From Candidatus Aenigmatarchaeota archaeon (GTDB lineage: Archaea > Aenigmatarchaeota > Aenigmatarchaeia > Aenigmatarchaeales > JACQIB01): 64,000 nt of DNA. Both the position numbers and the translations under genes were made by a program. The notes beneath the pieces are model-generated. The model did no database searches. It had not been told where the DNA came from and saw nothing but the letters and a program-made list of their open reading frames with translations. Location of the stretch: assembly GCA_043799675.1 (NCBI GenBank), contig JAZDNN010000024.1:7418-71417 (forward strand), given 5' to 3'. How positions within the stretch are numbered: the first letter of the stretch is position 1; the number at the start of each line of letters is the position of its first letter. Below are positions 9,129 to 18,927 of this stretch, in pieces.

Positions 9129-10193
9129 ATGGAAAACGAACGGATGTGGTCGCTGGACACCTCGACCAAGGTAAAGGGCCTGACCTGGTGGTGGTGGTGG
9201 TGGCTTTTCTTCATCGACAACCCTTCGAACCCAGCAAGGCCGAGGCAGTTGATGATACTGTGGTCGACCAAGAACTGCAAGAAAGTAAGGATTGACGATT
9301 ATGATTGGAAACGGAAGCATGATGCGCAGAAAGAAGGCAATAACCTGAAGTTCAACGGGATGGCCGCGGCCTGGTACTTCGATGGGAAGCAGATGCACGA
9401 CCCCCTGCTGCTGGACGAGCACGAGCTAAAGGCAGAATGGTCTGACAATGCCGGAAAACTACATACTGATGGGGCAACAAGGCTGTTCGAGGGCAATGAC
9501 AAGGAATACAAGGTCAAGATAGAGCACAACGGACAGAACTTCGACTTCAAGCTGTTGCCGTGGACAAATTTCCAGTCGGAGCCGCATTATTCCGGGCGGA
9601 AATATGTAGGCAAGCTGGGCTACGACATCCTGAAAGTCCGCGGAGTAAAACTTGATGGAAAGATAAACGGAGAGCATGTGACAGGCACTGCATACTTCCA
9701 GAAGGTGATGGTGAACGCCCCTGCGGTGCCGTGGTACTGGGGCATGTTCCATTTCGAGGACGGCTCCTACTTCGATTATTTCATGCCACACGTGGGACTG
9801 CAGTGCCTCAGGAGGTCTGATAAACCGAAGAGCGCGTGGGACCGCGGGCATGTGTTCATGGCACGGAATGCACAATTTTTCCATGAGCCGACCGGGAAGC
9901 ATTACACGTTCAAGAAAGCGGGAATCAAAAAACTGGTCGAGAACGGCCTGCCGATATTCCAGCTGACTGCCAAAGAGAACGGAGTCAGCATCAAGGCAAA
10001 CATGGCGGCATACAGCCGCGCATGCTGGAGGTTCGAGCAGAAAGCCTTGGGGCTCAAGACGAAGCTGTTCTACAACGAATATCCCACGGAGATGCTGGAA
10101 TTCGAGCTGAAGGATAAGGAAAGGACAATTACCAAGAAAGAACTTGGTCAGAGCAAAGGCAACACGGAGCATGCATGGGGGACGCTGGCGTAA
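9129..10193 (+). CDS. CrtC/AttH-like (hydroxyneurosporene synthase family) lipocalin-fold protein
   Basis: N-terminal W-rich motif LTWWWWWWLFF resembles the EWWYF signature of CrtC hydratases; about 350 aa as in the family. Confidence 0.45.
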   Translation: MENERMWSLDTSTKVKGLTWWWWWWLFFIDNPSNPARPRQLMILWSTKNCKKVRIDDYDWKRKHDAQKEGNNLKFNGMAAAWYFDGKQMHDPLLLDEHELKAEWSDNAGKLHTDGATRLFEGNDKEYKVKIEHNGQNFDFKLLPWTNFQSEPHYSGRKYVGKLGYDILKVRGVKLDGKINGEHVTGTAYFQKVMVNAPAVPWYWGMFHFEDGSYFDYFMPHVGLQCLRRSDKPKSAWDRGHVFMARNAQFFHEPTGKHYTFKKAGIKKLVENGLPIFQLTAKENGVSIKANMAAYSRACWRFEQKALGLKTKLFYNEYPTEMLEFELKDKERTITKKELGQSKGNTEHAWGTLA

Positions 10194-10232
10194 GTCATAG
10201 AGCATAAATACTCTTCGGCAGCTAATCTTTCC

Positions 10233-10889
10233 ATGATAAAATTCATCATCAACGGCGACGACTTCTGTGCAAGCAAGGTGTTCAACGGGAAAATACTGAA
10301 TCTCCTCGAAAAGGGCTACATCAAATCGACCACCGTCATGGTCAACAGGGTCACCGAGGAACAGGAAGGGCAGATAAGGCAGCTATCCAGGCTATACAAT
10401 GAAAGAATAGTAGGTGTCGGACTTCACCTTGAGTACGACGAAAAACTACCGGTCCGCAAAGCCGTCGAATCGCAATACGGGAGATTCGTCAGAATTTTCG
10501 ACTGCCCGCCTAGCCACATCGATTTTCATAAGGGAAGGGGCATGCCGGAGGCCCAATTCATTAAGATGTTCACGGCCGGCGACAAGTTCGCAAAGGAGCA
10601 CGGCCTTCCCGCAAGGAATCGCGGGACGGCAATGACGGCAAGACACACCGCCTATCCGGCATTCATGTGCAAGGACATAACCCTGGATTTCGAGGAAGTG
10701 ACGGGATTTCTCCTTGGCGTGAAGGACGGCAGCAGCTGTGAGCTGATAACCCATCCGGGCGAATATGACCCCTTCAGCAAATCCAGCCGGAACAGGGAAA
10801 GGAAAGTGGACTATGACGTCATAGTCAGGCTGCAGGACTTCCTCAAGACGCACCCGAATTTCAGGAACATCAGCTATCTTGAGCTGTAG
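10233..10889 (+). CDS. YdjC/ChbG-like carbohydrate deacetylase family protein
   Basis: GLHL and ITHPGEYD motifs. Confidence 0.5.
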   Translation: MIKFIINGDDFCASKVFNGKILNLLEKGYIKSTTVMVNRVTEEQEGQIRQLSRLYNERIVGVGLHLEYDEKLPVRKAVESQYGRFVRIFDCPPSHIDFHKGRGMPEAQFIKMFTAGDKFAKEHGLPARNRGTAMTARHTAYPAFMCKDITLDFEEVTGFLLGVKDGSSCELITHPGEYDPFSKSSRNRERKVDYDVIVRLQDFLKTHPNFRNISYLEL

Positions 10890-10898
10890 AGAATTAGA

Positions 10899-11151
10899 TG
10901 GTGTCGGGGATGGGGTTTCCAGTGAACTTCGTTCACAGTCAAGCGAACGGAGTTCCGCTTTGAACCCACGACCTCGCGATCTCTCACAGACTCATAGCTC
11001 CGCCGCAAGCGGCAAATTGCTTTTGCCACCTTCGGTGGTTAAGCGAGTCTCAAATCTCATAATCTTGTTATGAGTCGCGCGCTTTTGGTTATCGAATCTA
11101 CCAGGCTTTGCCGGCTGCATGACGCATCATGCGACCATGAGCCACCCCGAC
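10899..11151 (-). tRNA. tRNA with at least 3 introns (about 253 nt, anticodon unresolved)
   Basis: perfect 7-bp acceptor GTCGGGG/CCCCGAC-A-CCA; D-arm pieces GCTCA..GCC-TGGT-AGA..GAGC separated by insertions (one 31 nt); T arm GTGGG-TTCAAA[insert]CCCAT. Confidence 0.5.
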
Positions 11152-11182
11152 TGTTCTGATTGAATGCAAGAATTCAAATAGG

Positions 11183-11623
11183 TTAGCCAAAGCTCTCGAG
11201 GGGCGGCATTACCCGGGTGTTTCCGTCCCACAGGCCGAAATAGTTCCGGAAGAGCGGGTCATGAACCTTTGGCCTCAGTTTTCCATAATTGGTATGTCTG
11301 AATATCTTTTCGATTGCAGCAGCCTTCGCCGCCCTTTCTTTTATTTTATCCCTGCTGACGTCGAACCCGCAGACGAAGCATTTCAGGTAATAATCCGTCC
11401 CGATGGAATCCTTCCCGGTGAACACCTTCACCATGCCCAGCGGGAATTCCGACGACGGGATGCCCTCGTCCGGCCACCCGTTGGAAGGCTCCGCTTCCAG
11501 CTCGGCGGAAATCGCGTTCTTGACCATGTCGTAAACGATGCCGTTCTTTTCGTGCTTCTTGCCAACGGGCGTCAACGAGCCGCATCTCATGCAGGGGTCC
11601 TTGGTCAGCCAGTACATCAACAT
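11183..11623 (-). CDS. hypothetical protein
   Basis: ORF trimmed to an internal ATG because the annotated N-terminus overlaps the tRNA at 11654-11850. Confidence 0.35.
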   Translation of the reverse strand: MLMYWLTKDPCMRCGSLTPVGKKHEKNGIVYDMVKNAISAELEAEPSNGWPDEGIPSSEFPLGMVKVFTGKDSIGTDYYLKCFVCGFDVSRDKIKERAAKAAAIEKIFRHTNYGKLRPKVHDPLFRNYFGLWDGNTRVMPPLESFG

Positions 11624-11653
11624 CGTTGTGTGAGAAAGGGATAAATCGACGAG

Positions 11654-11850
11654 TGGTGGGCCCAACGGGACTCTCGTAGCACTGCCGCGCTGGCGGCAAA
11701 AGCGCTTTTGGCGCTTCGCGCTCATTCGAACCCGCGACCTACCGGTTTCTCCAGTCACCGAACCAAAATGATGGTTCTCTTTTGGCTCCATTAAGAGCCG
11801 GTCGCTGATGGCTTGGTTTTAACCAATCTACCAGACTGAGCTATGAGCCC
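11654..11850 (-). tRNA. tRNA with multiple introns (about 197 nt); its T-loop intron is near-identical to that of tRNA-Gly
   Basis: GGGCTCA-TA-GCTC-AGTCTGGTAGA..; 3' end GCGGG-TTCGAAT[GAGCGCGAAGCGCCAA...GTGCTACGAGAGT]CCCGT-TGGGCCC-A-CCA. Confidence 0.55.
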
Positions 11851-11884
11851 GAACTATTCAGAAGTCGCGGAGTATTAAAAGCCT

Positions 11885-12172
11885 CTACTTCTTTTTCTTT
11901 TCTTCAGCCTTCTTTGCCAAGCTGTCCGCAACTTTCGGTTCCTTGTAATCGCAGTCCTTGCATAACTTAAGCAGTTGCGGCTCTTCGGGCCCGGTTCTGA
12001 CCCCTTCGTACCATCCCTCCAGCGCGCCCATGACTTCGGCGGTCGCCTGATCCCTGGCGATGATGGCCAGATATTTTATGTCCATAGCACCGAGACACAC
12101 GCCAGATGTATCTTTGTCATATGCATGGCACAGCCTGCAGAATTTTTCCGCCCTCGCAAGTGAACATGGCAT
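11885..12172 (-). CDS. hypothetical Cys-rich protein
   Basis: ORF trimmed to an internal ATG to remove overlap with rpl37e. Confidence 0.3.
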   Translation of the reverse strand: MPCSLARAEKFCRLCHAYDKDTSGVCLGAMDIKYLAIIARDQATAEVMGALEGWYEGVRTGPEEPQLLKLCKDCDYKEPKVADSLAKKAEEKKKK

Positions 12173-12204
12173 GAGAGCAATACAGGAGAAAAGGATAAAT
12201 AGAA

Positions 12205-12390
12205 CTATCTGGTGCGTTGCCTGCTGACCGTGCCCTTCCACTGCCACTTGAATGAGCGGGTCCTGGCCGCGGGGAAGCCGCAGGAGGCGCAAGTCTTCTT
12301 ATTGATATGGTAGGCGTTCCTGCCGCAGCGACGGCAGCGTATGTGGGATACTTTGTTGTGTTTGCCGAAACTGGGGGTTCCTTTTGACAT
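12205..12390 (-). CDS. rpl37e: ribosomal protein L37e
   Basis: [22 protein letters not shown] zinc-ribbon L37e signature. Confidence 0.9.
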   Translation of the reverse strand: MSKGTPSFGKHNKVSHIRCRRCGRNAYHINKKTCASCGFPAARTRSFKWQWKGTVSRQRTR

Positions 12391-12466
12391 CTATATCACA
12401 TCACAGCATGCCAGCGAAGCTGGGCAAAACTGTTAACCAGAGCATGCTTGGCGGACTATTTGAACC

Positions 12467-12688
12467 TTACTCTGCGGGGCTTGCGTAGATTATCGTGTCG
12501 CCCCTGACCAGCGTCGCGCCGAGCTTCACGGTCTTGTCATCCTTCCTGTCCTCGGCGTCGTCCAGCCAGATATTCAGGTGCAGATCAAATGCTTGAAGCA
12601 CACCGTTTATCTCCGAGCCGTTCTTCAGCTTCAGGATTACCCGTTTGCCCTTCGCGCGGTCCAAAACATCCAAAGGCCGCGAATTCAT
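12467..12688 (-). CDS. Sm-like (LSm) archaeal protein
   Basis: 73 aa Sm fold; conserved rpl37e-Sm pair. Confidence 0.75.
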   Translation of the reverse strand: MNSRPLDVLDRAKGKRVILKLKNGSEINGVLQAFDLHLNIWLDDAEDRKDDKTVKLGATLVRGDTIIYASPAE

Positions 12689-12725
12689 ATCAATCGATTG
12701 CTATAGAACTGGGTTGGATATAAAG

Positions 12726-13046
12726 ATGCCGCCAAGGCAAAGCATTCTTAAGGTTTTGTTTCCTATGCCTATCATGGACAGATGCAGAGGCTGCGGCGAC
12801 ATGGGCCGCTTTTACAATGACCCTATCGGCGAATTGGAAAATCCGTCCCAGCCCCCGTCGTTTTATCTCAGGCTGGCGATGGAGCATTTCGACGATATGG
12901 AGCTGAGGCATATCAATTTCTTCATTGCCAAAATGGCCGTCAAAAAGCATTTTCCCAAAGACTATCCCAGCGTTCAACCTCTGAAGAGCGAACGTTTGTC
13001 AATGGAACAACTGGACCGATTGATCAAGAAATATCCTTCTTCCTAG
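12726..13046 (+). CDS. hypothetical protein
   Basis: ORF only. Confidence 0.25.
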   Translation: MPPRQSILKVLFPMPIMDRCRGCGDMGRFYNDPIGELENPSQPPSFYLRLAMEHFDDMELRHINFFIAKMAVKKHFPKDYPSVQPLKSERLSMEQLDRLIKKYPSS

Positions 13047-13086
13047 ACTCCGATTAGTTTAAAAGGGCTAAAGGGGAACAGCACGC

Positions 13087-13470
13087 ATGCAGAAGCAGTT
13101 CAGGTCGCAGAGAAAGCCCACAGGCGGGCTTTACCACAAGCTGCGCAAGATGAAGAAGAGGGACCTTGGAAGGGACTTCGTGGCTGTGCACATGGCCCCG
13201 GCCAAGACCAAGAAGATCTGGGCTTACGGCGGAAACGTGAAGATGGCCATGCTGTCCGCCGATTATGCGAACGTTCTGGACCCGGCAACGCACACGGTCA
13301 GGAAAGCAAAGATAATCACGGTCAAGGAGAATCCGGCGAACCCGCACTTCGTCCGAATGAACGTCATCACCAAGGGAGCCGTGATTGACACCGAGGCCGG
13401 GATGGCAAGAGTCACTTCAAGGCCAGGGCAGCACGGGATCGTCAACGCCGTTTTAATTAAGAAGGCTTAA
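13087..13470 (+). CDS. rps8e: ribosomal protein S8e
   Basis: RKPTGG motif, 127 aa. Confidence 0.85.
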   Translation: MQKQFRSQRKPTGGLYHKLRKMKKRDLGRDFVAVHMAPAKTKKIWAYGGNVKMAMLSADYANVLDPATHTVRKAKIITVKENPANPHFVRMNVITKGAVIDTEAGMARVTSRPGQHGIVNAVLIKKA

Positions 13471-13547
13471 TTAGTCGGCCGGGCCGACACGTCGGATATT
13501 AAATGTATGCCAGACACTACGAATCGTTAAATTTATAGCCGACATAT

Positions 13548-14774
13548 ATGTACAGTATGAAAAACCCGAATTTGGTTGAGGCGGCCACCAAACCCGATAT
13601 AAGGTTCAACCCGAAGCGCTACACGTATAGTGTAGACCATCATTACTTCAAGATGTGGACGCCTCAAATGGCGTATATTTTAGGGTTCGTGTTTGCGGAC
13701 GGCGGAATAGAAAGGAACAATACGACCCTTGCCTTTGAGTTGCAGATGCGGGATAAAGAGATTTTACGAAAAATAAGAGCGGCTCTAAAATCTACCCATC
13801 CGATTTCAGCGACCAAAGCAGGCGAGTATGTACGATTACGGATCAATAGCCGTCAAATAGTTGACGATTTGAAGAAGCTTGGAGTAACGCATAATAAAAG
13901 CAAAGATTGCACATGTCCAGATATCCCTCAGCGGCTGTTGCCGCACTTCGTGAGAGGGTTCGTGGACGGTGATGGCTGGATTATTCAAAGAACCGGCAAT
14001 AACAGACATGAAATAAGCGCGGGTTTCTGCCATGGTTCTAAGGGGTTCCTTAGATCGCTGGTAAATCAGATTCGAGCGGCGCTTGATATCAAGGCATTTA
14101 ATCTACGGGCTAAGTATAAGGCAACTAGCAGCGGCAAGAGGTCGTGCACATATAGCATAGAATGGTATTCACACAACGCGTCGAAATTTTTAGATTGGAC
14201 ATACAAAGACGCAGACATCTTCTTGAAAAGAAAATACCAAAGCTATCTGAGAAGCAAACGGCTTTTTGAGGAGTTTTCTTCAAAAACGCGGCTTTGGAGA
14301 AAGGTCGAAACCAAACACAGAATGCCGCTAAGAGCCATCCTCGACGGCATGTTGGCCCGGGGTTCGAGCACCTGTCAGATTTCGGGGAATGTCGGAGTTT
14401 CATCGGCTACGATTTACAGGTGGTTAGACAAAACTGACATAAGGAAACCGGTGAAGAGGGTGTCCAAAGCGCCTGTTCTCATGAAGTGCCAGACCTGCGG
14501 TGACATTTTCAGAAAGTTTAAAGAAAACGCCAGCTATTGCTCACTTTCCTGTGCGGCGAAACATATGGCAGTTTCTAGATTGTCTGGGAACAACGTCACG
14601 TGCGCTGCATGCGGTAAACGTGTTTATAGGCCGAACTGGTGGTTTGCGATAAACAGTCGCGCCTTCTGTTCCAATAGTTGTCACGGGAAATGGCAAGAGA
14701 CCCGTTTGGCGACCAATTCGCTGCAACGCTGCAGGACCGATGGCCGCTTCCTTCCTGCTTCAGGGAGGCTATAG
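13548..14774 (+). CDS. free-standing double-motif LAGLIDADG homing endonuclease with C-terminal HTH and Cys-rich zinc-binding region
   Basis: motifs ILGFVFADGGI and FVRGFVDGDGWI about 100 aa apart. Confidence 0.8.
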   Translation: MYSMKNPNLVEAATKPDIRFNPKRYTYSVDHHYFKMWTPQMAYILGFVFADGGIERNNTTLAFELQMRDKEILRKIRAALKSTHPISATKAGEYVRLRINSRQIVDDLKKLGVTHNKSKDCTCPDIPQRLLPHFVRGFVDGDGWIIQRTGNNRHEISAGFCHGSKGFLRSLVNQIRAALDIKAFNLRAKYKATSSGKRSCTYSIEWYSHNASKFLDWTYKDADIFLKRKYQSYLRSKRLFEEFSSKTRLWRKVETKHRMPLRAILDGMLARGSSTCQISGNVGVSSATIYRWLDKTDIRKPVKRVSKAPVLMKCQTCGDIFRKFKENASYCSLSCAAKHMAVSRLSGNNVTCAACGKRVYRPNWWFAINSRAFCSNSCHGKWQETRLATNSLQRCRTDGRFLPASGRL

Positions 14775-14776
14775 AA

Positions 14777-15316
14777 ATGAGCAGTTTTTCACTCAAACGA
14801 ATCACGGATTCGGTCATAAGATTCGGTGAAATACACAACAAGAAGGTCATACCCGGCGAGGGCCCCTCTAACGCAAAATTGGTAATGGTCGGTGAAGCCG
14901 GCGGAAGGGAGGAAGAGAAATTGGGTCGGCCATTTGTTGGCAGAGCTGGGCGCTTTCTAAACAAAAGCCTCTCCGAGGTCGGTATCGACAGAAACAAGAT
15001 TTACATAACCAATGTGGTTAAGATGCGCTGGCAGGGTCGGCCACCTCCATCTGCTATCGAGGAGTGGCTACCGCTGCTTAAGGAAGAACTGGAGGCGGTA
15101 AAACCGCGGATAGTGGTATTACTAGGCGACGTCGCCGTCAAGGCAGTGCTGGACAAGAGCTACACTATAGGCAACAATCATGGCCAGTTGATACGGAAGG
15201 ATGGTCAGGGCTTTCTGGTGATGCCGCATCCGAGCGCGGCGATGAGGTTCAACAGGATGCGGCTGATGTTCAAGTCGGACATGGACGGACTCAGGCAGTT
15301 GCTGGGTGAAAAATAA
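14777..15316 (+). CDS. udg: uracil-DNA glycosylase family 4
   Basis: GEGP..AKLVMVGEAGG...GRPFVGRAG motif; internal ATG chosen after the upstream stop. Confidence 0.8.
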   Translation: MSSFSLKRITDSVIRFGEIHNKKVIPGEGPSNAKLVMVGEAGGREEEKLGRPFVGRAGRFLNKSLSEVGIDRNKIYITNVVKMRWQGRPPPSAIEEWLPLLKEELEAVKPRIVVLLGDVAVKAVLDKSYTIGNNHGQLIRKDGQGFLVMPHPSAAMRFNRMRLMFKSDMDGLRQLLGEK

Positions 15317-15563
15317 ATAAAACGCTTTAATAGCTTTGCCGGCATGCATAGAATCGTGTCCACGACAAAATCCTGCAGGAGCCGGAACAGCCCGTATTTT
15401 GGAATGATTGTGGATGCGAGTGCAAACGGAGTTTGCCTTAACAAAGAATGCCCCATATACAAAATACGTTGCGAACAGCTATACACAAGTTCTTGACCGT
15501 GATGCCGTTCTGGAGACCTGACAGGCTTTTAAGCTGGCCTCACGAAAAGCAGTCAGTGAAAAT

Positions 15564-16229
15564 ATGATCGGACAACTATTGAAAGGACTCATAGCCGATC
15601 CCGGAAACGCAATCGTTTCAGGCAAGCACGAACACAACATGAAGCAGACATGGACGTTGCTGGGCATAGAATGGGCAATTGCGGCAATATCCGTGCTGAT
15701 AGCCGGAGATGCCGTTGGCAATGCGCTAGGATCGTTTAAAAGCCTGGCCACAATGCTCGGCGGCATAGCGGCAATCGCGGTGCTGATCGGAGGCATCCTG
15801 GTGACCGTGTTCATCGCCTTCCTGCTGAAGGTCACGGTGAACGCGCTCGGAGGCAAGGGAACATACTTCGACGGACTGAGCGTCCTGGCATACATGATAT
15901 GGCCCCTGGCACTCGGCGGCCTGTTGGCATCGGTACTGCTGATGATACCCGCGCTCGGTGCCTTCCTCGCAGGATTGTCACTGGCATTCCTCGGCGTGCT
16001 CGCAGGTGCAATTGCGTTCCGCAGCATAAAGGAAATGTTCGGCGTCGATTACATAACCGCATTGATAGCGCTGGCGGTCCTAGGAATAGGACTGAACCTG
16101 GCGGCAGCCGCCGCCACTTCAGTTGCCGCGGCAACGCTCGCACTCAACTTCGTGCAAATGTTGAAATCGATGCTGGGAACGTTCCAGCTGCCGACAGGCA
16201 TGACGCTGCCTGGGATAATTCCGGGTTGA
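15564..16229 (+). CDS. polytopic membrane protein (Yip1-like)
   Basis: 5-6 predicted TM helices, Gly/Ala-rich. Confidence 0.45.
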   Translation: MIGQLLKGLIADPGNAIVSGKHEHNMKQTWTLLGIEWAIAAISVLIAGDAVGNALGSFKSLATMLGGIAAIAVLIGGILVTVFIAFLLKVTVNALGGKGTYFDGLSVLAYMIWPLALGGLLASVLLMIPALGAFLAGLSLAFLGVLAGAIAFRSIKEMFGVDYITALIALAVLGIGLNLAAAAATSVAAATLALNFVQMLKSMLGTFQLPTGMTLPGIIPG

Positions 16230-16274
16230 ACAGAAATTCATTTTCTTTTCTTTTTCGCGGCCTAGCGGGAGCCG

Positions 16275-17590
16275 TCACTTCTTCCTTGCGCCGCCCGGAC
16301 TGGAAAACCGCCCGTCCAGCAACCGGTACCTTTTCACCACCGCATACACCGCGATTATCGTGATCAGATAGACCGCCACTGTCAGGGGCCCGATCGGGAA
16401 CTCAAGCGGCTGCTCCTGCACCGGTCCGATGGCATAGGTATGGGATGCCGTACTTGCGAATATCTTCTGTGAATCTATGGCGAATGATGCAATCAACGGC
16501 TCGCCCGTATCATAACTCCACAGAACCTCACCGTTGGAGACCGACAAACCGTAAATGTTACCGTCCTGAGAACCGGCCAGTATGAACGCATCCGTTATCG
16601 CTGGAGATGCCGTCACTGCATCGCCGGTCAGGTGACTCCATGTGATGTCGCCGTTGTCCCCGTCGAGCGCGTAAACGTAACCGTCATTGGAACCCACGTA
16701 AATCACTCCCGTCCTGTTGTCAAGAGCGATAGTCGATTCAACGGCGGAAGACATCGTCCTGCTCCATTCTACGTTACCGTTGTCCCCGTCCAGGCTGTAA
16801 ATCGCCCCTGTTCCGTCGCTTCTAACCACGCCAAAAAAAAGCATGTTCTGGGAAGACACCGTCGGCGAGGACCTTATCCGGCCGACAGCCTGCGTCCTCC
16901 AAACCAGGTCGCCGCCGGTTGCGGAGAGGGCATACATGTAGCCGTCGTCCGAGCCCGCATAGACCGTCCCGCTGTCCAGTGCGGGCGAAGACTTCACCGC
17001 GCCGCCGGTCTGGTAGGTCCATTCAACACTGCCCGCCTGCGCATCAAATGCGTACACGTTGCCGTCGTCCGAACCGATGTAGAACATGCTCCCGTCAGGC
17101 AAAGCTGACGGGTTTGAGTTGAACTGGGCGGTCGCACTTCCGGTATAATCCCAAAGCTGCTGGCCTGTATACACGTCAAGGGCCACCACGTGGGAACCTG
17201 AGCCGAAAATAAGCCTGCCGTCCAACTGCAACGGCGTGGTCTTTGTTCCTGAATAAGCGTCGCTCTGCCACACGGTCGACCAGTCGGTGTCGCTGAGCGC
17301 ATACACCCTTCCGTCGTTCGATGCCACAAAGACGTTGCCTTCGTAGACGGTATCATCGACGGTGTACCTGTACGCCGGGGAGGCCTTTTCGACGCCCACG
17401 TCCCATGTGTTCAGGTTCACGATATTACCGGACATATCGCATGTCGAGCGGCCGCTGTGGTGCCAGTTGTGCTGGAAGGAATACCACACTCCGCCGCCTC
17501 CGGCGCACGCGAACGCCTCCACTGCGCCGAAAATTACGAACGAAACGACCAGCGCAGAGAGCAAAGTTGCAATTCGAGCTGCTGACTTCA
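16275..17590 (-). CDS. secreted PQQ-like beta-propeller repeat protein with C-terminal TM anchor
   Basis: signal peptide, then repeated D-G-x-VYA(L/F) blades (GSDDGNVYAFD, GSNDGYVYALD), TM plus basic tail. Confidence 0.65.
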
Positions 17591-17647
17591 TGGTCAGAAT
17601 ACGGACATTCTTACTTAAAAAACAATCGGTAATTTCTGCCTTAAAAA

Positions 17648-18927
17648 TGTCCGACTTTTTTTTAAAGGTTGCGGTACCAATCAGAAGCATGGTTTTAACC
17701 AAGTACGACCGCGGACTGCTGGAAATGATGTACCTGCTCACGAGGAAGCAGAGCCACATGAACCCTTCGGGGGTGGCAAGATACCTTTCCGAGCAGGGCA
17801 TACGGGTGACGGACAGGACAGTGAGGAGATGGTTCAACTACCTCCAGACGCACCGTTTCGACTACTTCCCGTACCCGAAATTCAAGGCGATGGGCCTCAC
17901 TCCCGTGTGGGTTTTCACGGATTTCAACGAAAAAATACTTGAAGCGATTCCACACAAGGTGGCAATAGTAAGCGGATTCGACCTCAGGAACCTCGAGAAA
18001 CGCCTGCTGGGCCTTTACTTGGTTCCGACGGAGCGGCTGAAGGATTTCAGTAAATTGTGGGCGGATGCCGTGGACGCAAAGGCGTTGAGCTTCTGCCAGC
18101 TGCTTGAAGTGGGCTCAATCAACTCCTTCTATTCGCCCTTCCACAAGCTGGTTGACCGTAACGGCATCGCCGACTTCGTGGATGACCACGAGCCGGACAA
18201 TTCCTACTTCACGGACATGCTGCGGAAGAGCACCGGCACGGAAAGCAGTGCCGGGATGAGCCCGCGCATATGCAAAAACCCGCTGATAATCCCGGTAATA
18301 TGGGAATCGTTCAGGAAGAACGCGTCGTCGCAGAAGATATGGAACTCGTTCGAAAGGAGGGCGGGTAAAGCCGCATGGGATTACATAAACAACCCGAAGG
18401 TGAGGAGAGAAAAGAAGACCGGATGCGGGATAAGGCACGTGCAGAACACCATGAGGGAGATGCAGGACAATTTCGGCGAGTTCTTCCAGCAGATGAGAGT
18501 GTCATACAATCCCCTGTACACGCACCACAACAGCATGTTCTATATGCTGCTGAAGCTGAAAAGAAGGGAAGACATCGTGCCGCTCTCGGAACTGCTCTCC
18601 AAACAGGCAATCTCAATCGTGGCGTACCCGCCCAGGGACGCGAAGAGCAGCCTGATGATGTACTACATCCTCACCAATGCCAAGGAAAGCGTCAATATCA
18701 TCAGCGACCTCATACAACCGTACATCGACAAGTCGTTCGACAACAGGATAATCACGGAGGACTTCAAGGGAACGGCGAAATACAGGAACCCGAACATGCG
18801 TCACTGGAAGGAGAACTACATGATGTCCTGCTACCACAAGCTGTTTGACCCCGTGACATGCACGTGGAAGTTCGATACCAAGGCGTACGCCAAAAAGCTG
18901 AACGCTGCCGGCATCAGACAGGGCTGA
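17648..18927 (+). CDS. hypothetical protein with N-terminal HTH
   Basis: HTH-like segment PSGVARYLSEQGIRVTDRTVRRWFNYL; start uncertain. Confidence 0.4.

Noticed and set aside
12390-12470. Possible tRNA in the AT-poor gap between rpl37e and the Sm gene
   Set aside because: No acceptor and T-arm pairing could be built. Likely just a promoter or terminator region.
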